Positions 22,300 to 33,700 of a stretch of 64,000 nt of DNA are shown here, piece by piece. Position 1 is the first letter of the stretch, and every line of letters begins with the position of its first letter. Source of the DNA: an uncultured Pseudomonadota bacterium (lineage in GTDB: Bacteria > Myxococcota_A > Polyangia > Fen-1088); the NCBI GenBank assembly GCA_963847705.1, contig CAWKBC010000032.1, forward strand, positions 1 to 64,000, written 5' to 3'. The notes below the pieces were generated by a model. It saw only the letters and a program-made list of their open reading frames with translations, did no database searches and was not told where the DNA came from. Both the position numbers and the translations under genes were made by a program.

Positions 22300-23004
22300 T
22301 CAGGGCTGACAGAAGGAGGCCGAGACGACCGAATCGGCGGTGATCTTGAACGTGCAGGTCATGCCGCTCATCGCGGCGCCGGCGCCGCAGTCGAGCCCCT
22401 CGAAGTGGCTGCCGCTCAAGGTCTGCGCGGTGACGGTGACGTCCGTCCCCGGCGCGAACTGATAGAGGCAGGTCTTCTGGAAGCTCGCGGCCGTCGCCAT
22501 CATCAACGTGCAGGCGCTCATGCTGTTCGGCGACGCGGTTCCGCTAGCGGTGTAGGCAGACTGGCAGCCGTCGTCGTCGATGACCAGCAGGGTGAGCGTG
22601 ACCGGCTTCGTGGTCGCTCCCCCCTGACCACCGCCGCCGCTCGTTCCCGCGTGACCGCCCCCGGATCCGGTCATGCCGCCGGTGCCCTTCGCGCCGCCGC
22701 CTCCGCTGTTCTTTCCGCCGCTGCCGCCGGTACCGGTCAGACCGCCGGTTCCGCGTGCGCCGCCGGTTCCCGTCAGGCCGCCCGTTCCCGTCGCACCGCC
22801 GGTTTCGCGCAGGCCGCCGGTTCCCGTCATGCCGCTGGTCCCCCCCGCACCGGCGCGACCGCCGCTGCCCCCGGCCCCGCCCGTCCCTTGACCGCCCTCG
22901 CCCCCGGTGGTGTCCCCGGCTCCGCCCGTCCCGCCGTCGTTCGCCGAGATGGAGCCACAGCCGAGGACCAGACACACGATCAGCGAGAGGGCCCAGCGTC
23001 TCAT
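22300..23004 (-). CDS. Lipoprotein with a long Gly/Thr spacer and a small beta-rich C-terminal domain (InlB B-repeat-like)
   Basis: Lipobox VLGC; GTGG repeats; GTDVTVTAQ...F.G...CTFKITADSVVSASF. Confidence 0.72.
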   Translation of the reverse strand: MRRWALSLIVCLVLGCGSISANDGGTGGAGDTTGGEGGQGTGGAGGSGGRAGAGGTSGMTGTGGLRETGGATGTGGLTGTGGARGTGGLTGTGGSGGKNSGGGGAKGTGGMTGSGGGHAGTSGGGGQGGATTKPVTLTLLVIDDDGCQSAYTASGTASPNSMSACTLMMATAASFQKTCLYQFAPGTDVTVTAQTLSGSHFEGLDCGAGAAMSGMTCTFKITADSVVSASFCQP

Positions 23005-23037
23005 CCGACGGACGCTATGGCGGCGCCGTCACGGCTG

Positions 23038-23625
23038 TCAAGAATGGCCGGGGGCGGCGAGCTCGACCGCGCCGCGGCGCAGGATCTCGACGGCGTCGCC
23101 GCGCACGCGCACCAGCGTGCTCGGCGCGCCACCGGTGGTCGCGCCCCCGTCGAGCAGATGGCAGCCGCCGCCGAGCGCCGCGGCGACAGCCGCGCCTGTG
23201 GTGGCGGGCGGCTCGCCCGCGCGGTTGGCACTGGTGGTGGTGACGGGGCCGCCGAAGCGGATCACCAGCGCCCGGGCCAGCGGGTGCGGCGACTGCCGGA
23301 CCGCCACGAAGCCGTCGGAGACCAGCGCCGCAGGCAACCCCGCGCGCGCCGGCAGCGCGATCGTCAGCGCGCCCGGCCAGTGGCGCCGCATCAACTCGGC
23401 GGCAGCCGGAGGCACCTCGGCACAGAGGCGCGCCAGCATCGCGGCTCCGTCGATGAGGACCGAGATCGCCTTCTCGCCCCGACCCTTGACCGCGCGCAGG
23501 CGTTCCAGCGCCGCCTCGTCGAAGGCGTCGACCCCCAGACCGTAGAACGTCTCCGTCGGGTAAGCGACCACCTCGCCGCGCCGGAGCGCGGCGACCGCAG
23601 CCGTTATGTCGCCGTCCTCGCTCAG
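23038..23625 (-). CDS. tsaC: L-threonylcarbamoyladenylate synthase (Sua5/YrdC)
   Basis: [28 protein letters not shown]; start uncertain. Confidence 0.9.
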   Translation of the reverse strand: MSEDGDITAAVAALRRGEVVAYPTETFYGLGVDAFDEAALERLRAVKGRGEKAISVLIDGAAMLARLCAEVPPAAAELMRRHWPGALTIALPARAGLPAALVSDGFVAVRQSPHPLARALVIRFGGPVTTTSANRAGEPPATTGAAVAAALGGGCHLLDGGATTGGAPSTLVRVRGDAVEILRRGAVELAAPGHS

Positions 23626-24131
23626 GCCTTCGTCTCTCGTTGAACTTCAGCGTCGCTCTCCAGGACCTTCTTGCGGCGCGAGGCCCGCTCCTCCTCGACC
23701 TTCGAGGCCAGCGCCGGGTCGGCCAGGGCGGCGATCTGCGCGGCGAGCAGCCCGGCATTCTCGGCGCCGTTGACGGCCACGGTCGCCACCGGCATGCCCG
23801 GCGGCATCTGCACCGTGGAGAGCAACGAATCGAACCCGCTCAGCGCGCCGTTGGCGATCGGCACGCCGATCACCGGGCGGGTGGTGTGCGCCGCCACGGC
23901 GCCCGCCAGGTGCGCCGCGCCGCCGGCGCCGCAGATGAAGGCCTTGACCCCCCGCCGGACGGCGTCCTTGACGAACGCCGCGGTCTCCTCGGGCGTCCGG
24001 TGCGCCGACAGCACGCGCACCTCCACCGCCAGACCCAGCTTCTGGCAGATCTTGGCCGCCGGCTTCATCGTCTCGAGATCCGACTTCGATCCCATCATCA
24101 CTGCCACGTCGATCTTGTCGCTGTTGCTCAT
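23622..24131 (-). CDS. purE: N5-carboxyaminoimidazole ribonucleotide mutase
   Basis: [34 protein letters not shown]; its own ATG overlaps the true purD stop. Confidence 0.93.
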   Translation of the reverse strand: MSNSDKIDVAVMMGSKSDLETMKPAAKICQKLGLAVEVRVLSAHRTPEETAAFVKDAVRRGVKAFICGAGGAAHLAGAVAAHTTRPVIGVPIANGALSGFDSLLSTVQMPPGMPVATVAVNGAENAGLLAAQIAALADPALASKVEEERASRRKKVLESDAEVQRETKA

Positions 24132-25406
24132 GCGTTCTTTGTCCCTCGTAGGCCGATGTCTCGGCGAAAGTGCATCCCCTCGAACTGAATCTTCTCGATG
24201 GCTCCGTAGGCGCGGGCGCGGGCGGCGGCCAGGTCGGTGCCGAACGCGGTGACGCCGAGGACGCGTCCGCCGGCGGTCACCAGCTGGCCGTCGGCCAGGC
24301 GCGTGCCGGCGTGGAACGCCCTCAGAATCGTCGCCGGCGGGCGGCAAGCCGGCGATGGCGTCGCCCAGGCGCGGCGAGGCCGGGTAGCGGGCCGCCGCCA
24401 GCACCACGCAGGTCGCCACGCCCGGACGCGCGCGCGGCGCCCCGGCCGGCAGCGCACCCGCGGCGGCGCCCGCCAGCCAGGGCAACAAATCCTCATCGAG
24501 ACGCATCAAGACCGACTGCGTCTCCGGATCGCCGAAGCGGCAGTTCCACTCGATCACCATCGGGCCGCGCTCGGGCGTCAGCATGAGACCGCCGTAGAGC
24601 AGACCACGAAACGGCCGCCCGGCCGCCGCCAGCGCCCGCACCGTGGGGACGAACAGCGTCTCGACGATCCGTTGCGCCGAGGCGGCGTCGACCAGCGGCG
24701 ACGGCGAGTAGGTCCCCATGCCGCCGGTGTTCGGCCCCTGATCGCCGTCGCGCACCGTCTTGTGATCCTCCGACGAAGGCAGCAGCGCCAGCCGCGTCCC
24801 GTCGCACAGCGCCATCATCGACACCTCGCGGCCGGTGAGGCGCTCCTCGATCACCACGCGCGCGCCGGCGGCGCCGAAGGCGCCCTCGCTCAGCATGTGG
24901 CGCACGGCGGCCTTGGCCTCGGCCTTGTCGCCGGCGACCACCACGCCCTTCCCTGCGGCCAGGCCGTCCGCCTTGACCACCACGTTTCCGCGCTGCGCGT
25001 CGATGAAGGCCTCGGCGGCGGAAAGATCCTCGAACACGCCGAAGGCGGCGGTCGCGACGCCAGCGTCTGACATCAGCCGCTTGGCGAAGGCCTTCGACCC
25101 CTCGATCTCCGCCGCGCCCTTCGAAGGTCCGAAGAACGACAGCCCGGCGGCCCGCATGGCGTCGCCCAGGCCGGCGCAGAGCGCCACCTCGGGACCACAC
25201 ACCACCAGATCGGCGCGTTCCGCCACCGCGGCGGCGGTGAGCTCGCCGATGGCATCGCCGGCGATCGGGATGCAGGTGACCTTGGGCTCGCCGGCGATCC
25301 CCGGGTTGCCGGGCGCGACCACCAGCCGCTCGCAGAGCGGGCTGGCCGCGATTTTCCAGGCCAGCGCGTGCTCGCGTCCGCCCGATCCGACTAGAAAGAC
25401 ACGCAT
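24128..25406 (-). CDS. purD: Phosphoribosylamine--glycine ligase, with a 1-bp insertion at about 24326
   Basis: [34 protein letters not shown]; the C-terminal FHAGT...GGRVL...RRDIG lies in the frame of ORF 24128..24496. Confidence 0.93.
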
Positions 25407-25421
25407 GTCAGCCGCGCACGC

Positions 25422-26987
25422 CTAGTGCCGGAAGTGCCTCTCGCCGATCATCACCATCGCCATCCCGTGCTCGTCGGCGGCGGCGATGGATTCGGCGTCG
25501 CGCATCGAGCCGCCCGGCTGGATGACCGAGAGCGCCCCCGCCTTGGCCGCCTCGTCGACGCCGTCGCGAAAAGGGAAGTAGGCGTCGGAGGCGACCGCCG
25601 AGCCGCCGAGCGGCGCGCGCGCCTTGGAGACGGCGATCCGCACCGAGTCGACGCGCGACATCTGGCCGGCGCCGATCCCCAGCGTGCGCCCGTCGGCCGC
25701 AAACACGATGGCGTTCGACTTGACGTGCTTGCAGACGCGCCAGGCGAAGTCGAGATCGCGCAGCTCCGCGGCGGTCGGCGGCCGCTGGGAGGCGACCTTT
25801 CCGTCGGCGGCGGCGGCCGTGTCGCGGTCGCGGGTCTGGACCAGGAAGCCGCCCGCCACGCTGCGCAGCTCGACCGCGCCGGCAGCGTCGCGGCCGATCT
25901 CGGCGGCCAGCAGGCGCAGGTTCTTCTTGGCGGCCAGGAGCGCCAGCGCCTCGGGGGCGAAGGCCGGCGCGATCACGCACTCCAGGAAGGTCTCGGACAG
26001 CTCACGCGCCAGCTCCCCGTCGACGGGGCGGTTGACCGCCACGATCCCGCCGAAGGCCGAGACCGGATCGGTGTCGCGCGCGCGCCGGTAGGCCTCGGCG
26101 ACGCCTGCCTGGCTGATGGCGGCGCCGCAGGGGGTGTTGTGCTTGATGATCGCCGCCGCCGGCTCGGAGAACTCGGCGCAGAGGCGCATCGCCGCGTCGA
26201 GATCGAGCAGGTTGTTGTACGACAGCTCCTTGCCCTGCAGGACCTCGGCGCGCGCCAGCGACGGCCCCGCCGCGTTGACCGCATAGAACGCCGCCTTCTG
26301 GTGGGGGTTCTCGCCGTAGCGAAGCGCGCGGGCCAGCGTCCCGGAGATCACCAGCGCCTCGGGGAAATCGGCCAGCGGCGCCTCGGGCGCCGACATCCGC
26401 CCGAGGTGCGAGGCGATCGCGCCGTCGTAGGCGGCCGTGTGGGCGAAGGCCTTCCTGGCCAGGCGAAACCGGGTCGCGGCCGAGATCTCCCCCTCGGCGT
26501 CGATCTCGGCGAGCACCGGCGCGTAATCGGCCGGATCGACGATCACCGCCACCCGCTCGTGGTTCTTGGCCGCCGAGCGGATCATCGCCGGGCCGCCGAT
26601 GTCGATGTTCTCGATGATCTCGTCGAACGGCGCGCCGCGCGCCACGGTCTCGCGGAACGGGTAGAGGTTCACCACCACCAGGTCGATGGGGTCGAGACCG
26701 GCCTTCTGCATCTCGGCCCGGTGCTTGAGCGTCGGGCGCCCCAGGATCCCGCCGTGGACGCGCGGGTGCAGCGTCTTCACCCGGCCGTCGAGGATCTCGG
26801 GCGCGCCGGTGAAGTCGCTCACCTCGCGCACCGGAACCCCCGCCTCGCCGAGGGCGCGGGCCGTGCCGCCCGTCGACAGAATCTCGAGACCGGCGGTCGA
26901 CAGCCGGCGGGCAAACTCCACCACGCCCGCTTTGTCCGAGACCGAGATCAGCGCCCGGGAAATCTTCGCCAGCTTCGTGCTTGCCAC
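25422..26987 (-). CDS. purH: Bifunctional AICAR transformylase/IMP cyclohydrolase
   Basis: [47 protein letters not shown]. Confidence 0.98.
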   Translation of the reverse strand: MASTKLAKISRALISVSDKAGVVEFARRLSTAGLEILSTGGTARALGEAGVPVREVSDFTGAPEILDGRVKTLHPRVHGGILGRPTLKHRAEMQKAGLDPIDLVVVNLYPFRETVARGAPFDEIIENIDIGGPAMIRSAAKNHERVAVIVDPADYAPVLAEIDAEGEISAATRFRLARKAFAHTAAYDGAIASHLGRMSAPEAPLADFPEALVISGTLARALRYGENPHQKAAFYAVNAAGPSLARAEVLQGKELSYNNLLDLDAAMRLCAEFSEPAAAIIKHNTPCGAAISQAGVAEAYRRARDTDPVSAFGGIVAVNRPVDGELARELSETFLECVIAPAFAPEALALLAAKKNLRLLAAEIGRDAAGAVELRSVAGGFLVQTRDRDTAAAADGKVASQRPPTAAELRDLDFAWRVCKHVKSNAIVFAADGRTLGIGAGQMSRVDSVRIAVSKARAPLGGSAVASDAYFPFRDGVDEAAKAGALSVIQPGGSMRDAESIAAADEHGMAMVMIGERHFRH

Positions 26988-27091
26988 GAGCGGGTTTCTA
27001 TCACTTCTCGCCCCAGCGAGGGCGAGCTTCCAGCGCCTTCTTGGGACCCTTTACTTGATCCTGGCGTGGCTGCCGCCCGTCATCCCGCGCG

Positions 27092-27820
27092 TCATCCTGC
27101 AACACCTGCCCCCTCCAGCCCCGCGCGCCGGCGCAGATCGGCGGCCTCGACCTTCGTCAGATCGCGCCAGCCCCCCATCTTCAGCCCCTCGAACGACAGC
27201 CCGCCCAGGCGCACGCGCGCGATCTTCAACACCGAATGGCGGATCAGATCGCCGGCCGCCTTCAGCGCGCGCGGCCGCGTCTCGCCGACCACCATCTCGA
27301 CCCAGCTGTTCTTCTCGGTGACGGCCAGCCGCTCGACCGAGGCCGGCTTGACCGGCTTGCCTTCCCATTTCCAGCCGCGGGCCAGGCGCTCGACGTCGTT
27401 GTCGCTGATCATCCCCTGCAGCTTCACGTGGTAGGTCATCGGGACCCGCGACTTGGCCAGCGCCTGGCCGAGCGCTCCGTCGTTGGTCACCAGCACCACG
27501 CCCTCGGCGGGGAAATCGAGCGGCGCGACCACCTGCCACCCGGGCTCGGCGTCGCGCAGGTAGCGTTTCAGCGTGGGCCGCGCGCCGCTGGCGGTCAGGG
27601 TGGCCAGGCAAGCCCGGGGCTTCAACACCAGGCGGTAGACGGGCGACTCGGCGTGCACCCGGCGCCCGTCGACCTCGACGCGGTCCTTCGACGGATTGAC
27701 GTTGGAGCCGAGCGTGCTCACCACCTCGCCGTTGACGCGCACCGCGCCGCTGGCGATCAGCGCCTCCGCGCGCCGGCGCGATGACACGCCGGCCTGGGCC
27801 AGGAACCTCTGCAGGCGCAC
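27092..27820 (-). CDS. RsuA/RluB-family pseudouridine synthase homolog with degenerate catalytic motifs
   Basis: S4 domain RLQRFLAQAGVSSRRRAE; APLD in place of GRLD; scpA-scpB-rluB synteny. Confidence 0.85.
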   Translation of the reverse strand: MRLQRFLAQAGVSSRRRAEALIASGAVRVNGEVVSTLGSNVNPSKDRVEVDGRRVHAESPVYRLVLKPRACLATLTASGARPTLKRYLRDAEPGWQVVAPLDFPAEGVVLVTNDGALGQALAKSRVPMTYHVKLQGMISDNDVERLARGWKWEGKPVKPASVERLAVTEKNSWVEMVVGETRPRALKAAGDLIRHSVLKIARVRLGGLSFEGLKMGGWRDLTKVEAADLRRRAGLEGAGVAG

Positions 27821-27823
27821 GGG

Positions 27824-28925
<1,102 letters not shown>

Positions 28926-28939
<14 letters not shown>

Positions 28940-29982
28940 TCTTTTCCTTGAGCGGTTCTTCGAGCGGCTCTTCGGACTTCTCCTCGAGCGGCTCGTCGGG
29001 CGTTGCGCCTGACGTCTCGTCCGGCGTCTCTTCAGGTATCGCGGCAAGAATCTCTTCCAGCGTCTCGTCGGACGTTTCCTCTGACGCTTCTTCCGCGCTC
29101 ACCTCTGATGAGCTCGCCGCGAGCGGTCCTTCCGACGCCGTCGCGTCTTCGCCGGGCTCGTGCTCCGGGGGACCCTGATTGGTGTCGCCGGCGGTCAGCG
29201 CCGCCTGGCGCGCGCTCTCCAGCGTCACGCCGGCCGCCTGGGTGATGAACAGCGTCTCGCCGTTGGGCGACTGCAGCACGCGCACCACCTTGAGACGCGC
29301 CAGCTCCAGGATCGCCAGCAGGGTCACCACCACCTGGTTGCGCAGCTCCACCTCGGGCAGCGACAGATCGAAGCAGGCCTCGAACTGGAACGAGCCGCTC
29401 CCCTTTTCGATGCGGTCGATGAGCTGCCCCATCCGATCGCCGATCGACACCCGATCGATCGCCACCTCGTGGGTCTTCCTGGTCCCGCCCGCCTTCTCCA
29501 GGATCCGCCCGAACGCCGCGATCAGCTTCCAGACCGACTGCTCGGCAAAAGGGGCGTCGGGCGCGTCGTTCGAGAGCGTCATCCCACGGCCGAACACGTT
29601 GCGCCCCTCGATCGGCCGCCCCCCCAGCTTCTCGGCCGCGTCCTTGTACTTCTGGTACTCGAGCAGCCGGCGGATGAGCTCTTCGCGGGGGTCGAGCACC
29701 TCCCCCTCCTCCTCGGCCCCCACCTCGAGCGGCTCGGGCGTGGGGACCAGCTCGCGCGACTTCAGATAGGCCAGCGTCGCCGCCATGACCAGATAATCCG
29801 CCGCGACGTCGAACGGCATCGATTGCATCAGGTCGAGGTACTCCAGGTACTTCTCGGTGATGAAGGCGACCGGAAGCGTGACGATGTCGATCTCGTGCGT
29901 CTTGCAGAGGTGCAGCAGCAGGTCGAGCGGCCCCTCGAACTCCGGGAGCGCGACGCGGTAAGGCGCCGGCGTCCGCGCTCAC
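28926..29982 (-). CDS. scpA: Kleisin ScpA, with a 1-bp insertion at about 29960
   Basis: [18 protein letters not shown] read just after the indel; [18 protein letters not shown]; [13 protein letters not shown]; LLAILEL. Confidence 0.9.
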
Positions 29983-30649
29983 GAAGCCACGATCCGCGCA
30001 ACGTGTCGGCCCAAAGCTGAACGAGGTGATAGGCCGGACGCATGACGACTCCCAGGAATCCCGAAAGGAAAAGGACGAAGAACAATACCGTACCGTAGCG
30101 CTGGAGTGTGCGGGGAATGAACAGGAGCGACTCGGGAAGAAATCCGGACAGCACAGCCGCCCCGTCGAGCGGGGGCAGCGGGATCAGATTGAAGAACATG
30201 AGTGCGATGTTGAGCGCAAGGAAATACCGGACCAGGATGTCCGCCACCGTCGGTGAGAGGTGGCCGCTCTTCCCCAGCAAGATGAAGACGATCGACACCC
30301 CCACCGCCAGGACGAGGTTCATGACCGGCCCGGCCAGCGACACGAGCATGTGGCCCACCCGGGGCGACAGCGGCCCGGTGTAGTTGCGCGGGTTGGTCTG
30401 CACCGGCTTGCCCCAGGCGATGAGCGGATACCCCCCCGGCAGGAGCGCCCCCGCCAGCGGCAGGATGATCGTCCCCAGAAGGTCGATGTGGGCCAGCGGC
30501 GAGAGCGTCACGCGCCCCTGCGTGCGCGGCAGCCGGTCGCCCAGGCGATCGGCGACGAAGGCGTGGCCGAACTCGTGCACCGACACCGAGACCACGAAGG
30601 CGATGAGCGTCAGGACCGCGCGCTGAATCTGCTCCGCCGAGAGGCCCAT
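29979..30649 (-). CDS. Site-2 protease (M50) family; probable 1-bp deletion near the 3' end
   Basis: HEFGH, SLAGP, FNLIPLPPLDG; a shifted frame ends IVAS-stop overlapping the scpA GTG. Confidence 0.9.
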
Positions 30650-30739
30650 GCGGGGCGAGGTTAGCCGATCGACCCCGCCGATTCACGGTCTCCCGCGAAG
30701 GCGCGGAGGCGATCCTAAATCACGAGCATCGGGGCGTCG

Positions 30740-33700
30740 TCACCCTTTCATGCTGGCCGGGCTGGCCGCCGCGGACGCCTCGCCGGTGGCCGCCAGCAGC
30801 TGGCGACGCACCCGGTCGCTCACCAGGCGCGCGCTCTTCTCCGCCAGGGCCAGCGCCTGTTCGAAGAGCGGAATCGCCTCGTGCCGGCGCCCCGCCCGCA
30901 GCGCGGCCAGCCCCTTCCATTCGACCAGCTCGACGATGTCCTGGGGCTGGAGCGCCAGCTCGTGCCCGCGCGCGATGAGCGCGTCGAACTCGGCCGGCGA
31001 TCCGGAACCGAGCGCGGTGCCGACCTGATCGAGCGCCAGCCGTTCGCTGCCGGTCAGGATCGAGTCGCTCTGGCCGGCGGCCAGCGCGGCGGCCTGCTGC
31101 GCCGTCACCTTGCGAAAGATCTCCCCGGCCGCCTCGACGTCGCCGCTCCACCACTTGAGCCGCGCCAGCTGCACCTCGCAGTTGATCGAGCGCGCCGCCA
31201 TCTCCCCGAACGCCTGGGTGTACATGGCGTGGGCGCGCCGGATGTAGGGCTCGCCCTCCACCGGCTTGCCGAGCGAGAGGTAGATCTCGCCGAGATCGCG
31301 CACGCACATGCTCTCCGCCAGCGGCATCCCGAACTCGCGGCTGATCTGCACCGCGCGCTCGAGGTCGACGAGCAGGCGATCGATCTGGTCGGTCAGGAAG
31401 GAGAGCATGCTGCGGTTGATGAGCGCGTAGCAGATGCCGACGATGTCGCCGTGCTCCTCGCAGACCCGGAGGATGCGATCGCTCCAGGCCTCCGAGAGCG
31501 CGAACTGTCCCAGCGCCGCGGCCGCCGTGCTCCCCAGGGACATGCTGGTGGTGTAGGCCTCGTAGGCCTCGTCGCCGAGCGGCTCCCCCACCTCGATGGC
31601 GCGCTTGAACGCCTCCACCGCCTCGACAGGCTTGTCGCCCCGCCAGAGACCGCGCGCCTGGGACATGACCAGCCGGGCCGTCACCACCGGGGTGGCCAGC
31701 CCGGGCTCGGTCTCGAGGAGCGCGGCCGCCTCCTCGGTGGTGGCCGCTGCGCGCGGCAGGTCTCGCACGTGGTCGAGGACGATCCCCTCGTCGAGCAGCA
31801 CGTCGATCTGGGCCGCCTTGGAGCCGGCTGCGCGCGCCCGTGTCAGCGCCGCGTTGTAGTCGGCGAGCGCGTCCTCGGGTCGCCCCAGCCGGTACCGCAT
31901 CTGGGCGCGCCCCTGCGCCGCCGCGATCTGACCGGTTTGATCCTCCGTCGGAATGTTCTCCAGCGCGTTCTTGAAGAGCAGCTCCGCGTCCAGATAGCCA
32001 TGCCGCGCGCGCGCCCGGCCCGCCAGATCCAGATAGAGCCGCCCCGCCTCGAGCTTGAGCCCGCTGCGCGCGGCGTGGAACGCCATCGGCGGCAGGCGCG
32101 CCCCGTCGGGGAGCCGATCCTGGCGGCGGTAGTAATCGTAAGCGGCGCGATGGATCGCCTCACGCTGTGGCGGCGAGACCGACTGGTAGACCGTGTCGCG
32201 CAGGAGCGCGTGGCGAAAGCCGGCCCTGCCTCCGCGATGGCGCGCGAGGATGCCGCTCTCGACCAGGCGGCGGACGCCGATCCCCGCGTCCAGCTGGGTC
32301 TCGGCCGAGACGCCGCCGCGCTCGAGCTCCTGCACCACCCCCTCAATCTCCTCGCTGCTGAACTCGGCGCCCAGGACCGAGGCCAGCCGCGCGTGCGCCA
32401 TCAGATCGGGGGGCAGCGACTCCGTCTCGCGGCTGGCCAGCCACTGGACGAGCGGGAGATCGGGCAGCCGATCGAGCTCGTCGGTGGCGAGCGTCCAGCC
32501 CTGCCCCTTGCCCGACTTGCGCACCAGGCCGTCCCGCTTGAGGCCGCGCACGAGCTCGACCAGCAAGAGCGGGATCCCCTCGGTGCGCGCGGCCAGCAGC
32601 GCCAGCGCGGTGGCCGGCACGTTCTCCGCCGGCGACAGCAGCCGGCGCGCCAGATCGGCGGCCGCCCCCGGCTCCAGCGCGGGGAGCGTGATCTCGCGCC
32701 GGGCGGCGGCGCGACCGGCCCAGTCGGTGCGCCCGCGCCCGAAGCTGGGACGACCGACCACGCAGATCCAAATCGGGCAGCCCGCCTCGGCGAGCGCGGC
32801 GTATTCCAGCGCGTCGAGCGCCGTCTCGTCGACGAAGTGCGCGTCCTCCAGGACCAGCGCCAGCGCCCGGTGGCGGGCCTTGGCCCGCAACGCCTCACCG
32901 GCGGCGCGCGCGGCGGCCGAACGGATGGCGCCTGGCGCGGCGGTCAGCGCCCGCAGTTCCGGATGCTCGGGCGGGGCCCACCCCATGGTGATCGCCACGC
33001 CGGCCCAGACCTCCCTGGCCAGCTCCGCCCCGAGCCGCTCGGCCAGGAGCGCCCGGCCGAGATCCGCCGGCGCCGCGTCGGGGAGCGACAGCGTCGAACG
33101 CAAGAGCTCGCGGGTGGTCTGCTCCTCGACGCCGCCCAGGACCTCCTTGGCGCGCACGAACAGCAGCTGGAACGCCGGCACGATCTCCAGGTGCTGCACC
33201 AGCATCTGCGCCAGGTGGGTCTTGCCGTAACCTGCCGCGCCCAGCAGCGTCACGATGGTCGGCGTCGAGCCGCTCGCCGCCGCGCGCGCCGACTCGAGCA
33301 GCGTGCGCAGAAGCTCGTCGCGGCCCACCAGCGGCGCCACGCCCATCCGGGTGGTGGTCCGCTCGGCGGCCTGCGCCGCCGCCTTCTGCAACCGCGAGGT
33401 CCCCTGGCGCCCCGGCACCGGCTCGACCGGAAGATCGGGCAGCACCTCCAGCGCGGCGGGGGAGAGCAGGATCCCCTCCGGATCGGACTCGCCGGGATAC
33501 TGCTCCTTCTTGGCAAACAGCGGGCTTTGATAGCGGCGCGTCCCGTCGGGCCGGGCCTGGATGGAGACCGAAGCCAGGTCGACCAGCGCCCGCTTGGCGA
33601 GCCCCCGCGCGACGATCATCTCCCCCGCGTTGGCCGCGGCCCGCGTCGGGTTGTCCCCCACCTCGTGCCCGAAGGCGAGCACGTACTGCGCGCCCGCCGC

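Noticed and set aside
23622-25406. Apparent 594-aa PurD-PurE fusion in the ORF track
   Set aside because: It is produced by the 1-bp insertion at about 24326. The real PurD C-terminus is in another frame ending at 24128, and purE has its own ATG.
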